This document shows, in pieces, positions 48,241 to 61,954 of a stretch of DNA of 64,000 nt. The translations under genes and the position numbers were made by a program. The notes under the pieces are model-generated. The model saw only the letters and a list, made by a program, of their open reading frames with translations. It was not told where the DNA came from and did no database searches. Where the stretch lies: assembly GCF_964204645.1 (NCBI RefSeq), contig NC_134027.1, positions 24,948,560-25,012,559 of the forward strand. Direction: 5' to 3'. Source of the DNA: Tubulanus polymorphus (Eukaryota; Animalia; Nemertea). Every line of letters starts with the position of its first letter. Position 1 is the first letter of the stretch.

Positions 48241-48503
48241 GATTGGTAGAACACTATATCCGTGTTGACGCGATGAGGAGAGAATCCCACAATGATAATA
48301 AAAAGTCCGAAAATGAAACTTCGAGATAGTAGTTTATTTCAACGTTTCGACTATATCCTAATAGTCATCTTCAGGAATAAAGATTATTATTCCTTCATTA
48401 TTCCTGAAGATGACTATTAGGATATAGTCGAAACGTTGAAATAAACTACTATCTCGAAGTTTCATTTTCGGACTTTTTATTATCATTGTGGGATTCTCTC
48501 CTC
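48241..48503. mobile_element. Penelope-like inverted element (family B) with two hammerhead ribozymes
   Basis: ~105-bp perfect inverted arms and TSD ATCTCCCATTA (48229-48239, 48504-48514). Hammerheads at 48338-48377 (-) and 48401-48440 (+): UUC-CUGAAGA-U-GACUA..UAGUC-GAAAC-GUU-GAA. Confidence 0.82.
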
Positions 48504-50397
48504 ATCTCCCATTAAGTTCTATGCGAGGCCTTCCATGGGTAACTCGATGATGTCGAAACACAATAAAATGCAAACATTCGAGTTTGATGTTATACAATTC
48601 ATATATACAATGTCTTAACAATATTTCAACAATATTCTGAATTAAGTAATCTCGGATCCGACCTAAGCGTAGTCAGCACGGGACCCAGTTCTTCGGCAGC
48701 TCTCACCGAGAAGCGTTTGGTGTCTGATGTTACCAAACGTTGGGTGCACTAGGTTTGCAGAGTTTTACGTAGATAAGAAGTGGGCGAAAGTAATGTTAGA
48801 GTTAACTCCGAGTTAGAATCAGTTATTAACTGATAAAACTCTTCAGTCGAATCTTGGCTCAAAATTGCGGAACTGGGTCCTGCTGTTTGAAACTGGAAAA
48901 AATATAGTTAACATGGTTTTGTTATCCAAATTGTAGGAACTAAATCCGCAGCTACCATTTTCAACTATGCACTATGAACAACTGCGTGTAAACTATCTTT
49001 TTCTTACGTGTATATACACGTAATGTTATTCGCAGCCTATATATACAAAGAATCGGAGAGAATATACTAAATTTCTTTTATCGTGTATATCGTGGATTAT
49101 CGTTTGAATATATCGTGCATAATGTTAAACCAAAACCAGACTTCAAACGATGGAAATAACTATATTAATATGCTCGCAACGGAAAATACAATTATTCTTC
49201 TACGTATACTTTGGCTTCTTTTCATTTCCGGAGTTTTCATACACTGCATCGATCGGGTTAAAGTTGCATTCCTCTCTGTTGGCAGCCGATGAACAGATGC
49301 CCTCCCGACCCCTAAAGCCTAGCGCGCGTACAGTAAGAAGAACGAAAAACCGATTTCTTTCGGAAACTAGAAACGTTCAGAAACAAACCTACAGCGCCCC
49401 TAGCGATGATAAAAGTAGTAATTGTATCATATACGTTATCAAAATGGCGGCGATTTCGATGAGTCATGTGATCCGCTTGATATCGTTGATTGGTTATTGT
49501 GGTGTCAAGGTGTTTCTTGTTTAGCTACTCACTCACCAGGGGTGTACTCTTTTATCAGATCGGAGAATCCGTTTGCCTCCAATCGTACTCTATTATTGGT
49601 CACGTGACATTTTGGAGAGTCCGAAACCTCCTGGGCCACCTTCGGTTATCTGAGTTAGTCGACTATAGTCGAACTAAACGAAACCGAATGTCCGATAGTC
49701 GGAACTATTCCGGAAATAGTTCGAAAATCAAGCGCATTCGGTTATTAGTTCCGACCACTAGTCGACTAGATACGAAAACTGAATTTGGCCCTGTCTATCG
49801 ACGTGGTGTGATTCGGATTTTGTGTGGAGCCAATCGGAGTTTTCGGATGGAGACTTCGGAGGTCATAAAAGAGTACGCCCCAATGTAGACTTGTCGCCTG
49901 TCCAATTCTGCGCCACCTGCATTCGCAGTCAGAATAGAAGGTAGAGACCGGCAACCAGTCTTTCTCGAAACTTACAATGTCGTGTTCGTGAAACGCTGTT
50001 TCACAAAAGAGGCAACCCATTTCTGTGTTGCGTCCGCGCTAGGCAGCTGTACAATATGTACACAACGCATTCTATTCCAACTGTATTAAGCTAAGGTGGA
50101 TTGTTTTGTACAACCTACAGACACCATATGCACCAATGAATGCAGATAAGATATTTATTTCACTCCAACCATAATAATGGTACATTGAGGCACGATTGTA
50201 TACAAAATATGAAATAACAAAATTTACAAAACATGAACATATATACATATATATATATAATCAGACAAATAGGAAAATAATTCCATAACAAAATTTTCTA
50301 TAACAAAAGATCCAATTTTTCAGTAAAACTATTTACAGACAATGCAAGTACAGATATTGAATTATGTACAGCAATATATATCACACGTGAATGTAGG

Positions 50398-50480
50398 TAA
50401 AATGTTCCGGGAAATAATGTCCCCGGAAAAAAATTTCCCGGAAAACATGTCCCCGGAAAAAGAACGTCCCAGGGAAAATG
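50398..50480. repeat. Minisatellite of ATGTCCCCGGAAAA-like units
   Basis: Five ~15-bp units, probably the subterminal repeats of a transposon. Confidence 0.75.
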
Positions 50481-53400
50481 CATTTGCTAGGATAGGGTGA
50501 CATCTGGTGATTATATCGTGAATTAACATGCGCACAAAAGAAATTTCCTCGCATCAACTCCAACAATGGTCGCGGCGACCGAAGGGAATAACAGCGTTCG
50601 TCATCACTCTCTAGTGAATTGCTATCATGCGGTCGGTTGAAGATGCGATAGCACCACAGCATTCACCACTCACAGCATCATTATTGATAATACTCGATTA
50701 TTCAATAATACATTGACAGGAAAACTGATGACCGACGTGCAATGAGCAGCTAAATAGCCTCTTTAATATGCCTACCTCTTGAATGTCACATATATACATG
50801 CATCCATGTAGTTCTAACTAATAATCGATAAATGCCGGAAAGATGCATCTAATCGCCTTTTAGCGTGGGAAACTGCTTCCATACTAGGGCCGTGCCTGCC
50901 TATAGTGGCTGCATCGCGGGCCTATACAATGGCGCATTCAAAATTATTTTCATTTGGCTACCGGGCCGTATCAACCAGCAATATTCACACAACCATTTAT
51001 CACACACGCAAAGAAGTATTAAACAGACTGATGGAAATAGAAAATGTTTACATCCTACACATTATTACATTAACGTACGCAGGTCTTTAAAGAATAGAAT
51101 TTACAAAGTGATAATGATTTGATGTAAATGCCGCTTGAAGACAGGTTCGCTTTGCATAAAATGATAGAATTGATTCTGGGATTGAGTATTCCACAATAGA
51201 TTTTCTAATTATTAAAGTTTTCTTAGTTTAAACATATCAATTACGCGTAGGTTGATTGTGAATTTGGCAATTGAAGTTCCAATTGTTGTTAAAGGATTTG
51301 GGTAATATTGAATCGACGACATTATGTTCAAAAATGACAAGTTGAAGATTATTGATATTCTTAATCTTTCGTATGTTTAGCCGAAAATAGGATCAGTATG
51401 TCCTAAATAATGGGATTTGCTGATCAAACAGACAGCGCGTTTTTTAGAATTAATAATGGATGTAGTTCATCATCAGAACCATCCCGGGGAAATGTTTGTA
51501 AAAAAAATTTGAGGTTAATGCCGAGTTTGATTAGTCGGAATGAACCATGAACATAATATTTCTTATAGTCGTGTCTTCGACGCGTCCAATCGGTTAAGGC
51601 ACGGCAACCATGACAATACGCCTTGAATCCAGGCAGAATCAAATATTGTCCAACGTATTCGCTGCAAAAATGAAGCTCTTTTCTATCGAGGAAACAGCTG
51701 CGTATAAAACGCATGAAAAGAATTCATATACACATCCTGGTCGAATACGACATTCGTCGTATATCACAATGCGATATTATTGAATGGAATGTATGAAATA
51801 TACGCCATATCGATAATTAGATTTTAGTTTTAAATTCACACCAGCCTATATAGGTTGTTTATGACTTGGTTATGATTTTCTAGTCTCTTGACGTTCGTTG
51901 TAACGAGGTTACATTGTAATTTCATACTGGATGCGTGTAACTGTGAACTATCGCTTATAACGATTACTGGTATTTTTAGGTAACAGGCTTACCGGTAGAC
52001 CACGCCCTGGTATGATGATTCGCAGTGCCTACGTTAACGCCCGACTTAGATTTTTCTATTCAATTACATATAGTAGTAAATATCTGCACCTATTTTTTAC
52101 TTTAATTGTTATCAACCACATGTTCTCGGACAATTTGTGGACAATATTTACAGATATTTTGTATGATTATGTTAAATGAAAATTCTATGCTTAAAAAACG
52201 CCCCCACATATAGTTAAAAGTAAAGAATTGCATTGCGCGTATATAGCTGATACGCAAATTACGTAAAAATCGACGGACAAAACGCAGTTTCTATGGAAAC
52301 GTACAGCAGCGGGTACAGTGTCGGATAGCAGATTCAGCCGCGAAGATCGGGAAAAAAACTACTGTCGCTGAAAGTGAAACAAGGAATAGGATCTATCCAT
52401 CATCGGATACATATATCAAGGTAATAACCGAGAATAGGCAGTGAGTGATTATTTAGAGGGCGTCTTGACTTATATCTCTGTACGCGTGATTCATGTCTTT
52501 CGATGATTTTCTCGCTCTCATTCATTCGATTGATCAATTTGATTTGATGTACTGAATAAACATATTCAGTGGCGGGAAAGAAACCTTGGGCTGATAATGC
52601 CCAGGATCCAGTCCCACGGTCTGAGTTAAAGTTAGTTCATTTTCAACGAGTTAACTCGGATTTGAATCTTAACTCGGAACTGTGGAACTCGCCCGTGAGT
52701 AGCACTCATTGGGTTGAGGGGATATATGCGTACGTATATGCATTTGTATACGCATATACACGCCCAAAATACGAGTTATCACAGGACTCACCAAATATAC
52801 AACGGATTGATTTTTCTAATCAGTGATCAGGGTCTAGCTTTCATTAATAATTGATTTATTAGATAGGAAAATAATTCGTTCGATTTTAACCGAAATTTAT
52901 TAAAGTTATTAAACGTACGTAGAAGACCGAGAAAGTGCTAGCGAACCTGGTGGATCCTTCCTTGCTTGTCATAAGTGAAATCCTCGATTGCCACAGTAGC
53001 TTCGGTAGTTCCCCAAATGATTAGGGTTTTCTGCTGCTTTCGCACAAAACCCTATTGTTATTCCCTGGGTGATTATTATTATCATTCGTTTTTTTCCACG
53101 TTATCGGTAAAATCGATAGAATATCATCAAGATCTCTTAGATCTTCAAATACTCCACCATTATTTTGATAAATCAACGTCACGAGAACATCGTCGGGCCG
53201 TCAACGTCATACATTCAGGTTTACTGAACGTATCGCCTTGGGGATCGCTCGGTTCGGCGAAATTTGCACATAATCAAATTCCTGTAAGAGCTTTCTCTAT
53301 ACTAGTAATCAATGGTCCAATTGTTAGCTTCCTAGATCAAGGGCGGGATGTGTCAATGTAAGAGAATATTGAATAAAACCGGTTTTCATATGTAAGAATT

Positions 53401-54453
53401 CAGTCAATTTATGTCGCAGTTTGAAGCGATGATCTGTATATCGTAAAAATCGAAAATTGACTGATTTAAAAAAATTGACGAACTGGTTACCCATTATCAG
53501 TGCTATAAATCATCGGTAAGTCAATTCAATAACCAATTGTAAAAACCCGAACGTTGCGGACAGAGTCGATATTTTGATTTGTATAAATAACTATTCCTTT
53601 TGGATTGAGTCGCGAAAAAATTCAAGCACTTAAAAAATGCTAGATACTACCGATAAGGCAATGAGTGTACAGTGTCTTTAGTTCATTCAAAGGTTATCAG
53701 TGGAAATCATGAGCTACAAATCTTGCAAAATCCGGCCTTTGATATTATATGATGGTGATAAAAATATTAACTAGCGCTAACCATTTTCTCCCGCCCAACG
53801 ATGTTCTTGACAACTACAAGATACATACAATTCCTTAGTACATACAGATTTGACTTTTTTTTAGAGTTTTGATAGACCTTGATAAAGTACGATTCGCCAC
53901 TAATTTTATTTTCGGATTCCAAATTATTTCAAATAGTTTATCGGTGCTAGTCAGCATTTTGGATTTTGCTTCCAAAAGACAAATAGAAACCACCATTAAT
54001 AGGAATCCAAAACAACACATCGATCGATTTCAAGGTGATTATGAAGGTCATATGGCGATATATTAAGTCAGTTCATCATACCAGGTTCGAATCCCCGACA
54101 ATAATTTTTTCATATTTCAATAATTCCCTTAAATTTGCATATCAAGGAAATGTCATGTCCTCAGGACGCTTCCGATGTAAACGGTTATAACATTTTTTGG
54201 ACGTTTGGATTGAATACAATATGTAAGAATGCACGGTCAAACTAAGCTGAAAACTAGATCTAAGAGTATTGAAAAATCTTACAGTGAAAACTTCTTACCT
54301 GAAATGCTAAAAGCCGATGCAACGTTCATTTCCCAAATCAGATTCAATGACTTTTTGATCTGGAACTGTCGTTAATTTCATTTAGTTCTTCGTCTTATGT
54401 GCGAAAATCTTATATGATATATACGTTTAGTTTCATTGGACTTAAAAAGGAAC

Positions 54454-57400
54454 ATGGATAGAAAATACAAACACGACCTGCCTGCAGCAACACTGGTTCT
54501 TCTGTTGACGTTCATGTTTCTTCATACAGGTAACGATGCCGTATAATCGCCTAAAATCCAAAATTCTAATCGGATACGTACAGAATATTTCTTTTTTGAA
54601 AACGTTTCGGATATGAGGCTCTGAACTGAATTCTGGTACATTAAATGGAGCATAAACTAGATAATTAATGCGTCTTTAATCATAGGTAGCATTTTCAACG
54701 GTTTTTAAAAACATTTTTATGTTATAGGACAGTGCGATGAAGAAAACGAGACAACAATCGCTCAAAGTAAGTTACTAACGCCATGGGTGGCGCTCAGTGG
54801 TTGAGGGGGAAAGAAAATTCGATCTAGTTATTACTGCCGTGAGTGGAGCTCAGTGGGTTGAGGGGGAAAGAAAATTCGATCTAATTACTGGCCTTCAATA
54901 GGTTGGGAGGGGATAAGGAAGATTTAAACCAGCTACTACTGCCCTGCGTGACGGGAAATATACTTCGAACCACATTAATACTGCCCTGAGTCACGCTCAG
55001 CGAATCGATTGATCTTAAAGGAATTATCGAGTTATTAAATCTCGTTTTTATTGACAGTGAATTGTGTAATACGGTGTGTACAAACCGATCTCGAGCTATG
55101 GACGAATTCTACAAAGGATGTCGTTTCCGTAGCAAACAATTCGACGAAATTCAATGCAGCGCTTTGCGACTCGTCAAAACAGTTAGTGAAAACAATGATA
55201 TTCATTAATGAATGTATACATGGCTTAGAGCTCGGCCAATTTCTGGAAAAAAATCAAACAAAACGCTACTCGGCCGGTAATTGACGTTTTCACTCTTCAA
55301 TCAGTGTTTGAATTCCACATTTTCACGTAGGGACCTTCTGAAGCTGCTTTATTATAAAACGCGTACGTGCATGAAGAAAGATGATTGCGTCGGTAAGAAT
55401 GAAGCATCCATGGAGACGTTTTTGAAGATGTATGAACTCGCATGCGGGGATAACACAGGTACACTAGAAAACTTATATGGGATTCGACCGAGTCTTGGAG
55501 CATGAGCAGGAAAATGGCATTTTTTCGGAGCGATTTTTTCTCTCAATCTAATATATAGATCAGCAGTCCACTGCACAAGACTTGTATTCCCTTTAATGTC
55601 ACTCAAGTGCCTGAAATTTAGAACCCCGTTTTGACTATGTAACGCTCTAGTGCCAACCTACGAGTATATTCGTAGCAGCCACTTGGGGGCGGAACCGTAT
55701 TATCAAGCCGGCAATGAACATGAATTTCTGGAAAAGAATTTGCTGAAAATCTTTGGGGCTTTTCTTACTTTTGAAAGCTTTCTTTTGGTATTGAAAGTCT
55801 TAATTTATCACACGTTCTAGACTTTAATCATAGGCTTAATTTATAGTGGCTAATGGATTAAGCCTGGTCTAATGTCATAAACACGTCCTCCTTCTTCTGA
55901 TATGCTTGATCTAGAATTAAGTAAAATAGGGGTCACGTTAGATAGGTTTCGATTGGTCTCTACCGATTGAGGAATACATGTTTTTAAAGTTTCAATTACG
56001 TAGCTGGCCCTTCTAGTCTATAGTAATATCATAGAATACGTCAATCATTGAAGAGGTAAATTTTGTGTTTCAGGTCCAGGAGCGGCGAGTTTTGAACCTT
56101 TTAAATGTTTGTGGACGGTAGCCGCGAAGGTTTTACATTGCGCGGATGATGAAAATCAGACACGATTGGACGCCTTTCGGGCGAGCATCGATTTCGGTCT
56201 TACAGAAACGGTGAAATTCGTTAAGACTCCGAATCTATTGGACAATCCGACGGTAATTTTTTCCAACACTCGAAAAAATGAATGAATCCCGTCTAAACAC
56301 GACATTTGTCAGAGTTGCCATATAGGACATACATATCCTCACTTGAAATTGGGATCATTCAGGATTTTATTGTTCTTCTCACAAGGAGGAAACAGATATT
56401 GAAATGCATACGATTTTTTTACGAGTCTACGTATATCGAAATATCTACTAAGCCACGATTGCAGTTGCGGCCCATGTCATATCCTCGCAAAATGCCACAG
56501 GAATTCAATTCCAATTCAATTTGTCCTTGGTTGAAACTATCGTTCAGTAGTTAAATGCGCTTACAAAGTCTTATATAAGAAATACATTAAAAATGATTGA
56601 ACATTGCCAAACAGTAGAAGAGAATGCATATAAGAAGTTGAATAAAAATGTACATGGATGTTAAGTTGATTAGATGGATTTTGAAAAGTTGGCTTATGTT
56701 CCACTAAAACCAGTTGATATCTAACCATCGATTGCAAACGAAGCTCATAATGGTAAATTGAAAAAGGATTCTCTTTCAGAAATTGATTAACAGCGTTTTA
56801 GGCGCCGCAGAAGTCGGTTGTGCCGCCAATTGGAGGTAAGACTTGTCAACCTATAGCCGTGGCGCCGGTAAAGGTTTGCTACAGTGGATTTTTACCACTA
56901 AGTTTGTACCGAATACGGAGAATTTGAGAGAAGTGAAGTTGACTCAACCTCGTTTCTTTTAAAACTTGGACCCGGTAAAATCTATACCGGCTTGACAAAA
57001 TACAAGGACAAATGCAAAAGAAATATTTCAACCAATCTACGGAATTGATAATGCCTAATGGTTGTGTAATGGAAATCAGTTACTTGATTTTTTTACAGGG
57101 ATAAAGCGGTTGAATTGATTTCGAGGATGCCTAAATGCCTATTCGATCTTGAAAGCCGAAAGGTGGCTCCGTGTATCTTGTCGACAATTCCCAATTTTGA
57201 CAAGTACCTTCAAATTGTCGTGCACTTTGCGCCGAGTATCCTGCCGTTTGTTCATTTATTCTGCAAATTCTTGCCGACTGAATTTAGCATTTGTGAGTAT
57301 GAAGCAGCGATGTTATTTTGAGTATTTTGTTGTGACCAGAATATACGATGGAGTGGAAAGCCGAATGGGTTCATCGTGAACCGTCCCGCTCACAGCGGTT

Positions 57401-60400
57401 GTAAAGCAGTGAGCAGAGCAGCCACACTGGTCGAGAACCCCCAAGCCTTTCCTACAGCCGCGACGGTAGAGCAGCTAGTATTTGGGGACATAATGTATCA
57501 GTTCGAGATACCGTTTCTCAGAGACGCGCCATTTCTGATTTACTGCGTTTACACCTTGAAAACACTGAAAGCAACTTGTTTCAACTGGGTTTTTTTAAAT
57601 TATTTGTATACGTATATTCATCGTTTAGCCCAGATTCAACAGTGCGTTCTGCCATCCGTCGGGGATCTAACGTCGTGTGTATCGACAGAAATGAAAGATA
57701 AACTGGATGACTACGTTGGGTTTGTGGAGAAAATGGTGCAGTACCCGTCGAAAGCTAGTGAATTAATGTGCGCCAAGTAAGTTGAATAAGATTTTGGGAG
57801 GCACGATTTTTTAGTTGATCTCGGTCAATCTATGATTCGTCAGTTCGAATCCTGGCAGTTGGTTCGTTTCTGACCGCCCCGGTTAATCGACCGTTAAGAA
57901 ACCTATAGAATCTACAAATAATGCCACGAGTGGAATGAATATTTTTGAGATCAGATTTTGAATCCGATGATTTTAAATGTCTCATTTGCTTCTAAATCGT
58001 CCGTAGTATAAACGTCTTAGTAATAAATGTCAAACAAATGTACGTCATTCAGGGCATTATTAGCAAATTCGAGGTTTCCTTTCTTTCTGATCGCGGGAAT
58101 TCGTTTCCGCAGGACGCACTTTGGAACCACGAATGTGTACGACGTCGTCGACGGCTGTTTGACGAAGTCAACTGAAAAAAACGATTGCCCAATATTTTCA
58201 AAGACCCTGAAGTTCAAGTCTATTGTTGATGACATTTGTCAAGGAACGAATGTGGGTAAGTTGAAACATCTTCTAATCTTATTGAAAACCAAGTAGTCGC
58301 ATATGTTCTACTTTCTGTAATGCGACACAGTCGTCTTTTCCAGTCGCGATATTATAATCGACATATATCAATCACGACTGCGAATGACCGAGACTTGTCG
58401 CTGACGGTCGCGTCACAGTCGACCTTCACGGCTTTTGCCTATTTGAGTAGTTTCCATAAGGATTATTCTAGTGTCGCTACCGGAAGCTCGGTCAACGCAA
58501 TTTTGAAGTTCGTCTTAATCTTGACTTCGATATCAACGATTTTATCGTGTTTAGTCTAACATACTTGTTTCCAGTGACCACAAAAAAACGTTTTGTTTCA
58601 AACAAATGTATGAATTGGAAAGAACAGTATTTACGTCCTATAAATTTGTCGGTTTGCCAATTGAAAAAATTTGGCCTAAAATAAGAAAACATTTTGAAAA
58701 TAGATAAAATATATCGGTACTTTAAAAATGGCGAAATACATCAGTTTCTTTTGCCCTTATCCTAAATTGCTAAAAATAACATATTCGCGGAAGTTATTTT
58801 TCTGTGAGAAATATTGACTTCACACTAGCGCCCCTGGTGGATCCTCGATTGCCACAGTAGCGTCGTCGGAAATTCGCTCCTCGGTAGCTCAGTGGGATAA
58901 GGCGTGATGCTTTAAGTGCTGAGTGACAGGTCGGTTCGAATCCTGCTGGCTACTTAAACCCGCTGTGCGCGAGCAAACTTAAAAGGCCGTCCTGCCGTAA
59001 TCCAATAGGGTTAGTCTTGGAAACTTAGATCCAAACGACGTCAAGCAAAAACAAACAAACAAAAGAAATGTATTCATCGAATTTTTCAGGATTCGACATC
59101 TGCATCGTGAAGCAAATGACAAAACTGTTGAATTGTACTCTTTCGAAGAGCGCAGACCCGATGAATGCGGTTAACGATATAGTTAAATCGGAGTTCAAAA
59201 CGTTTGATAGCTTAGCGCAGATAACGCAAGACCCGACAATTATCAAAATGATGACCAACGCCAGCGCTGTATCGTCTGTTGACATAGGGTTAATCTCGAT
59301 GAAGCTAATGAAATTCGCCTGTCCTTTACTGAGTTCTTTGTAAGTACATAAGTCGATAAAGACTGGTTCCTATGTATTTGTAACGCTGACTGTATGCGGT
59401 AAAGAAGGTTGCGTTGCGATCGTGGCTTGCGGTGGCGTCGACCCGCTGCTACCGAGCATGCTTTTCTGTATCGAGTTTCCATCTGGAAAACCATGGACTC
59501 GTTTAAAGTCTGCGGGCAAACACGGCAGAGGAATGGAACGCACCAGAATGTCGCAACGCTAGTAGTTTATTCAATGTGAGATGAAGAGTTCGGATCTGAG
59601 TTTAGTAGAGAATCCCACAATGATAATAAAAAGTCCGAAAATGAAACTTCGAGATAGTAGTTTATTTCAACGTTTCGACTATATCCTAATAGTCATCTTC
59701 AGGAATAATGAGATACTACAGAAATTATGAGATATATATACAATTATATCGTTAATTTTCCTTTAGTTCGTATCATCTCTGATTACTTGAATTAGTCCCT
59801 TTGTCTCTGGGTTGTATATATATCTCATAATTTCTGTAGTATCTCATTATTCCTGAAGATGACTATTAGGATATAGTCGAAACGTTGAAATAAACTACTA
59901 TCTCGAAGTTTCATTTTCGGACTTTTTATTATCATTGTGGGATTCTCTCCTCATCGCGTCAACACGGATATAGTGTTCTACCAATCCTGAGTTTAGTATC
60001 CGCACGTCCCTCCGTACGATATTTGAAATAGTCGAGACTTTCGAATTTTACTTTGCAGAAACCGTACGGGTTTGATCGGAAACATGATGCATTGTCTATC
60101 GAAAAGCGAGCCGGATAACTGCCCGTTAACCGACGGATTTACCGCGATAATGAAGGAGTTCGGCGGTAATCTAACGGCTCCCATTGAGCAGATCGAAACG
60201 GTGATGGCTGGAATGGTGGCTACTGCTTGCCCCGGGGAGACGGCCCCTCAACCAAGACGAAGTAAGTATTGCAATAAAGAATGAAGACAAAATGTCCGTT
60301 GTCGATATGCAGGGAAACAAAGATCGTTAAACCTGCAGATTTGACACCCATCACCTCGAAAATTGCCTATGAATATTATTGGATGCCCGAGGCCAGAACT

Positions 60401-61110
60401 CCACCCTTTGCAACATTTGGCTTGGCTACTTAATTCGAGGAATGGCCTTCCCTTTGTTTTTCATGGATCCGCCAGTGTTTGGGACGAGAGTAACCTTCGC
60501 TGAAATGCATTGGGGTACTTCTTCGCAGAATCCTTATAGGTCTTTTATCCAAACATTGAATACCAGCTGAAGTTGATCTAGGATATTTGATACGGAAATA
60601 GGTGGTCTGGGGTCCTAACCAAGAAAATTCTGAAAATTTGATGCTTGTCGGTGGCATTTTCTGCATTCGAAATCAGTTTTTGAAAAAAAAAATTTATTCT
60701 GGGTTTTTTTCACTACGTTTCCCGATGTTCCTTACAATACTCGGTCGAAAAATTTAAATCCGCCCCTGACCAGAAAAAATACCTTTTGAGTCAAAATCTG
60801 TACTAAAAACTATAAGTTCGTTAGAACCGGAAATCATCCGTTAACAGATTCAAACCCTAATTTTGATGATGTCAAAGACATCGAAGATTTAGTGCAGAGC
60901 CATCATTTATGAGGCTCCTCGCTGAACCTACACTAAACAATAACACATCAATTCCATAGAATATTCTGTTTAGTAAAACAGCAGCGTTTGTTTTTATTGT
61001 ATCAAGGCACCATATTTGAACTCGTTTCAGCCGGGGGAGCGACTATGGTACGCTACAGTTTCGGCCTGATTTGGATGTTACCAGTTCTGATAAAGGCGCT
61101 GACAAGATAA
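54454..61110 (+). CDS. Uncharacterised secreted Cys-rich helical protein with a predicted C-terminal GPI signal
   Basis: Phase-consistent exons 54454-54529, 54728-54766, 55058-55181, 55331-55458, 56074-56252, 56780-56835, 57099-57292, 57629-57776, 58113-58255, 59090-59339, 60059-60261, 61031-61110. Signal peptide ATLVLLLTFMFLHTGQC, spaced Cys residues, several N-glycan sequons and the C-terminus TGGATMVRYSFGLIWMLPVLIKALTR*. A possible 5'-UTR donor is at 52421. Confidence 0.72.
54785..54890. repeat. Tandem duplication of a ~57-bp unit
   Basis: GTGG(C/A)GCTCAGTGG..TTGAGGGGGAAAGAAAATTCGATCTA occurs twice, with decayed units following. Confidence 0.8.
58878..59030 (+). mobile_element. tRNA-derived SINE
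   Basis: A box TAGCTCAGTGG, B box GGTTCGAATCC, a tRNA-unrelated body and an A-rich (AAAC)n tail at ~59047-59065. The acceptor stem does not pair, so it is not a tRNA. Confidence 0.65.
59608..59986. mobile_element. Penelope-like inverted element (family B) with two hammerhead ribozymes
   Basis: ~135-bp perfect inverted arms (59608-59743/59812-59948) and 12-bp TSD CTGAGTTTAGTA (59596-59607, 59987-59998). Hammerheads at ~59666-59705 (-) and ~59850-59889 (+). Essentially identical to 48241-48503 in shared parts. Confidence 0.85.
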
Positions 61111-61454
61111 ACAGCACAGGATTCTCTAATATTCACAGAGCACCAAAATATGATCGTCATTATATATCAGCTTACTCAATTGTAAGGCAACGGCTAAGAC
61201 TAGAGATTAGATCAGCCTTATATACCTCTTTTTATATACGAAAGCCTGATGCACGCGACGCAGGGAAACATATACAGGGAATCAAGTATGTTTGTTCTCG
61301 GAAATGACACGACACGGGAAACGCTCGGAAACATGTTTCTGTCATCTGTTCCAATGTTTCCCAGCGTGGTGTGCGCTTGGTGCAAGCACTCAGGTCTTGA
61401 GATTAATTGTGTACTTTAATCATGACACTGGCTCAGTTCCACAGGTGGAATATA

Positions 61455-61954
61455 CAGTCAACCCCCGATATACCGCCCACATCGATGACGAACGATTTCG
61501 GCGGTATAGAGAGTATGGGGGTAAATCGGGGGCGTTCTACTATGTATTTGTTTAGAGATGTATGTTAAGAAAACCTGACGGTAGGTGGGGTTAGGCGGTA
61601 AATGAGTTTAGTTTATTTTATTCGACGAACTCATCAATCAAATACAAGGCAAGTTACAGAGAAAAATATAGAAACACGAGCGCGTCAGGGGTTCGAAAAT
61701 TTCTAAGGATTGTCAAAGTTGAACACCTGCATAGGTGAATACAAATTTTATAGTGAAAAAAAGACGGAAGAATGGGCGACCACGACGAGGGTATAGCAGT
61801 GACGATGATATCAAAATCAAATAAGGGTGTGTGAATAAAGAAGATATATCGGGCGTGTTTTGCTGTGTATTTGTATAGAGATGTACATTGAGAAAACCTG
61901 GCGGTAGGCCGGGGTTGGTGGTATATAGCAGGGCGGTATATCGGGAGTTGACTG
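61455..61954. mobile_element. Tc1/mariner-type MITE with TA TSD and a nested insertion (~61605-61845)
   Basis: TA-CAGTCAACCCCCGATATACCGCCC...GGGCGGTATATCGGGAGTTGACTG-TA, with an internal duplicated TGTATTTGT..AGAGATGTA..AGAAAACCTG segment. Confidence 0.75.

Noticed and set aside
49083-53361. Cluster of 60-130 aa ORFs between fucosyltransferase copy B and the GPI-protein gene
   Set aside because: No coherent splice chain or protein motifs; the region consists of repeat fragments and probable UTR or intron sequence.
58878-58955. tRNA gene
   Set aside because: A and B boxes are present but the acceptor and anticodon stems do not pair. It continues into a SINE-like body and tail.
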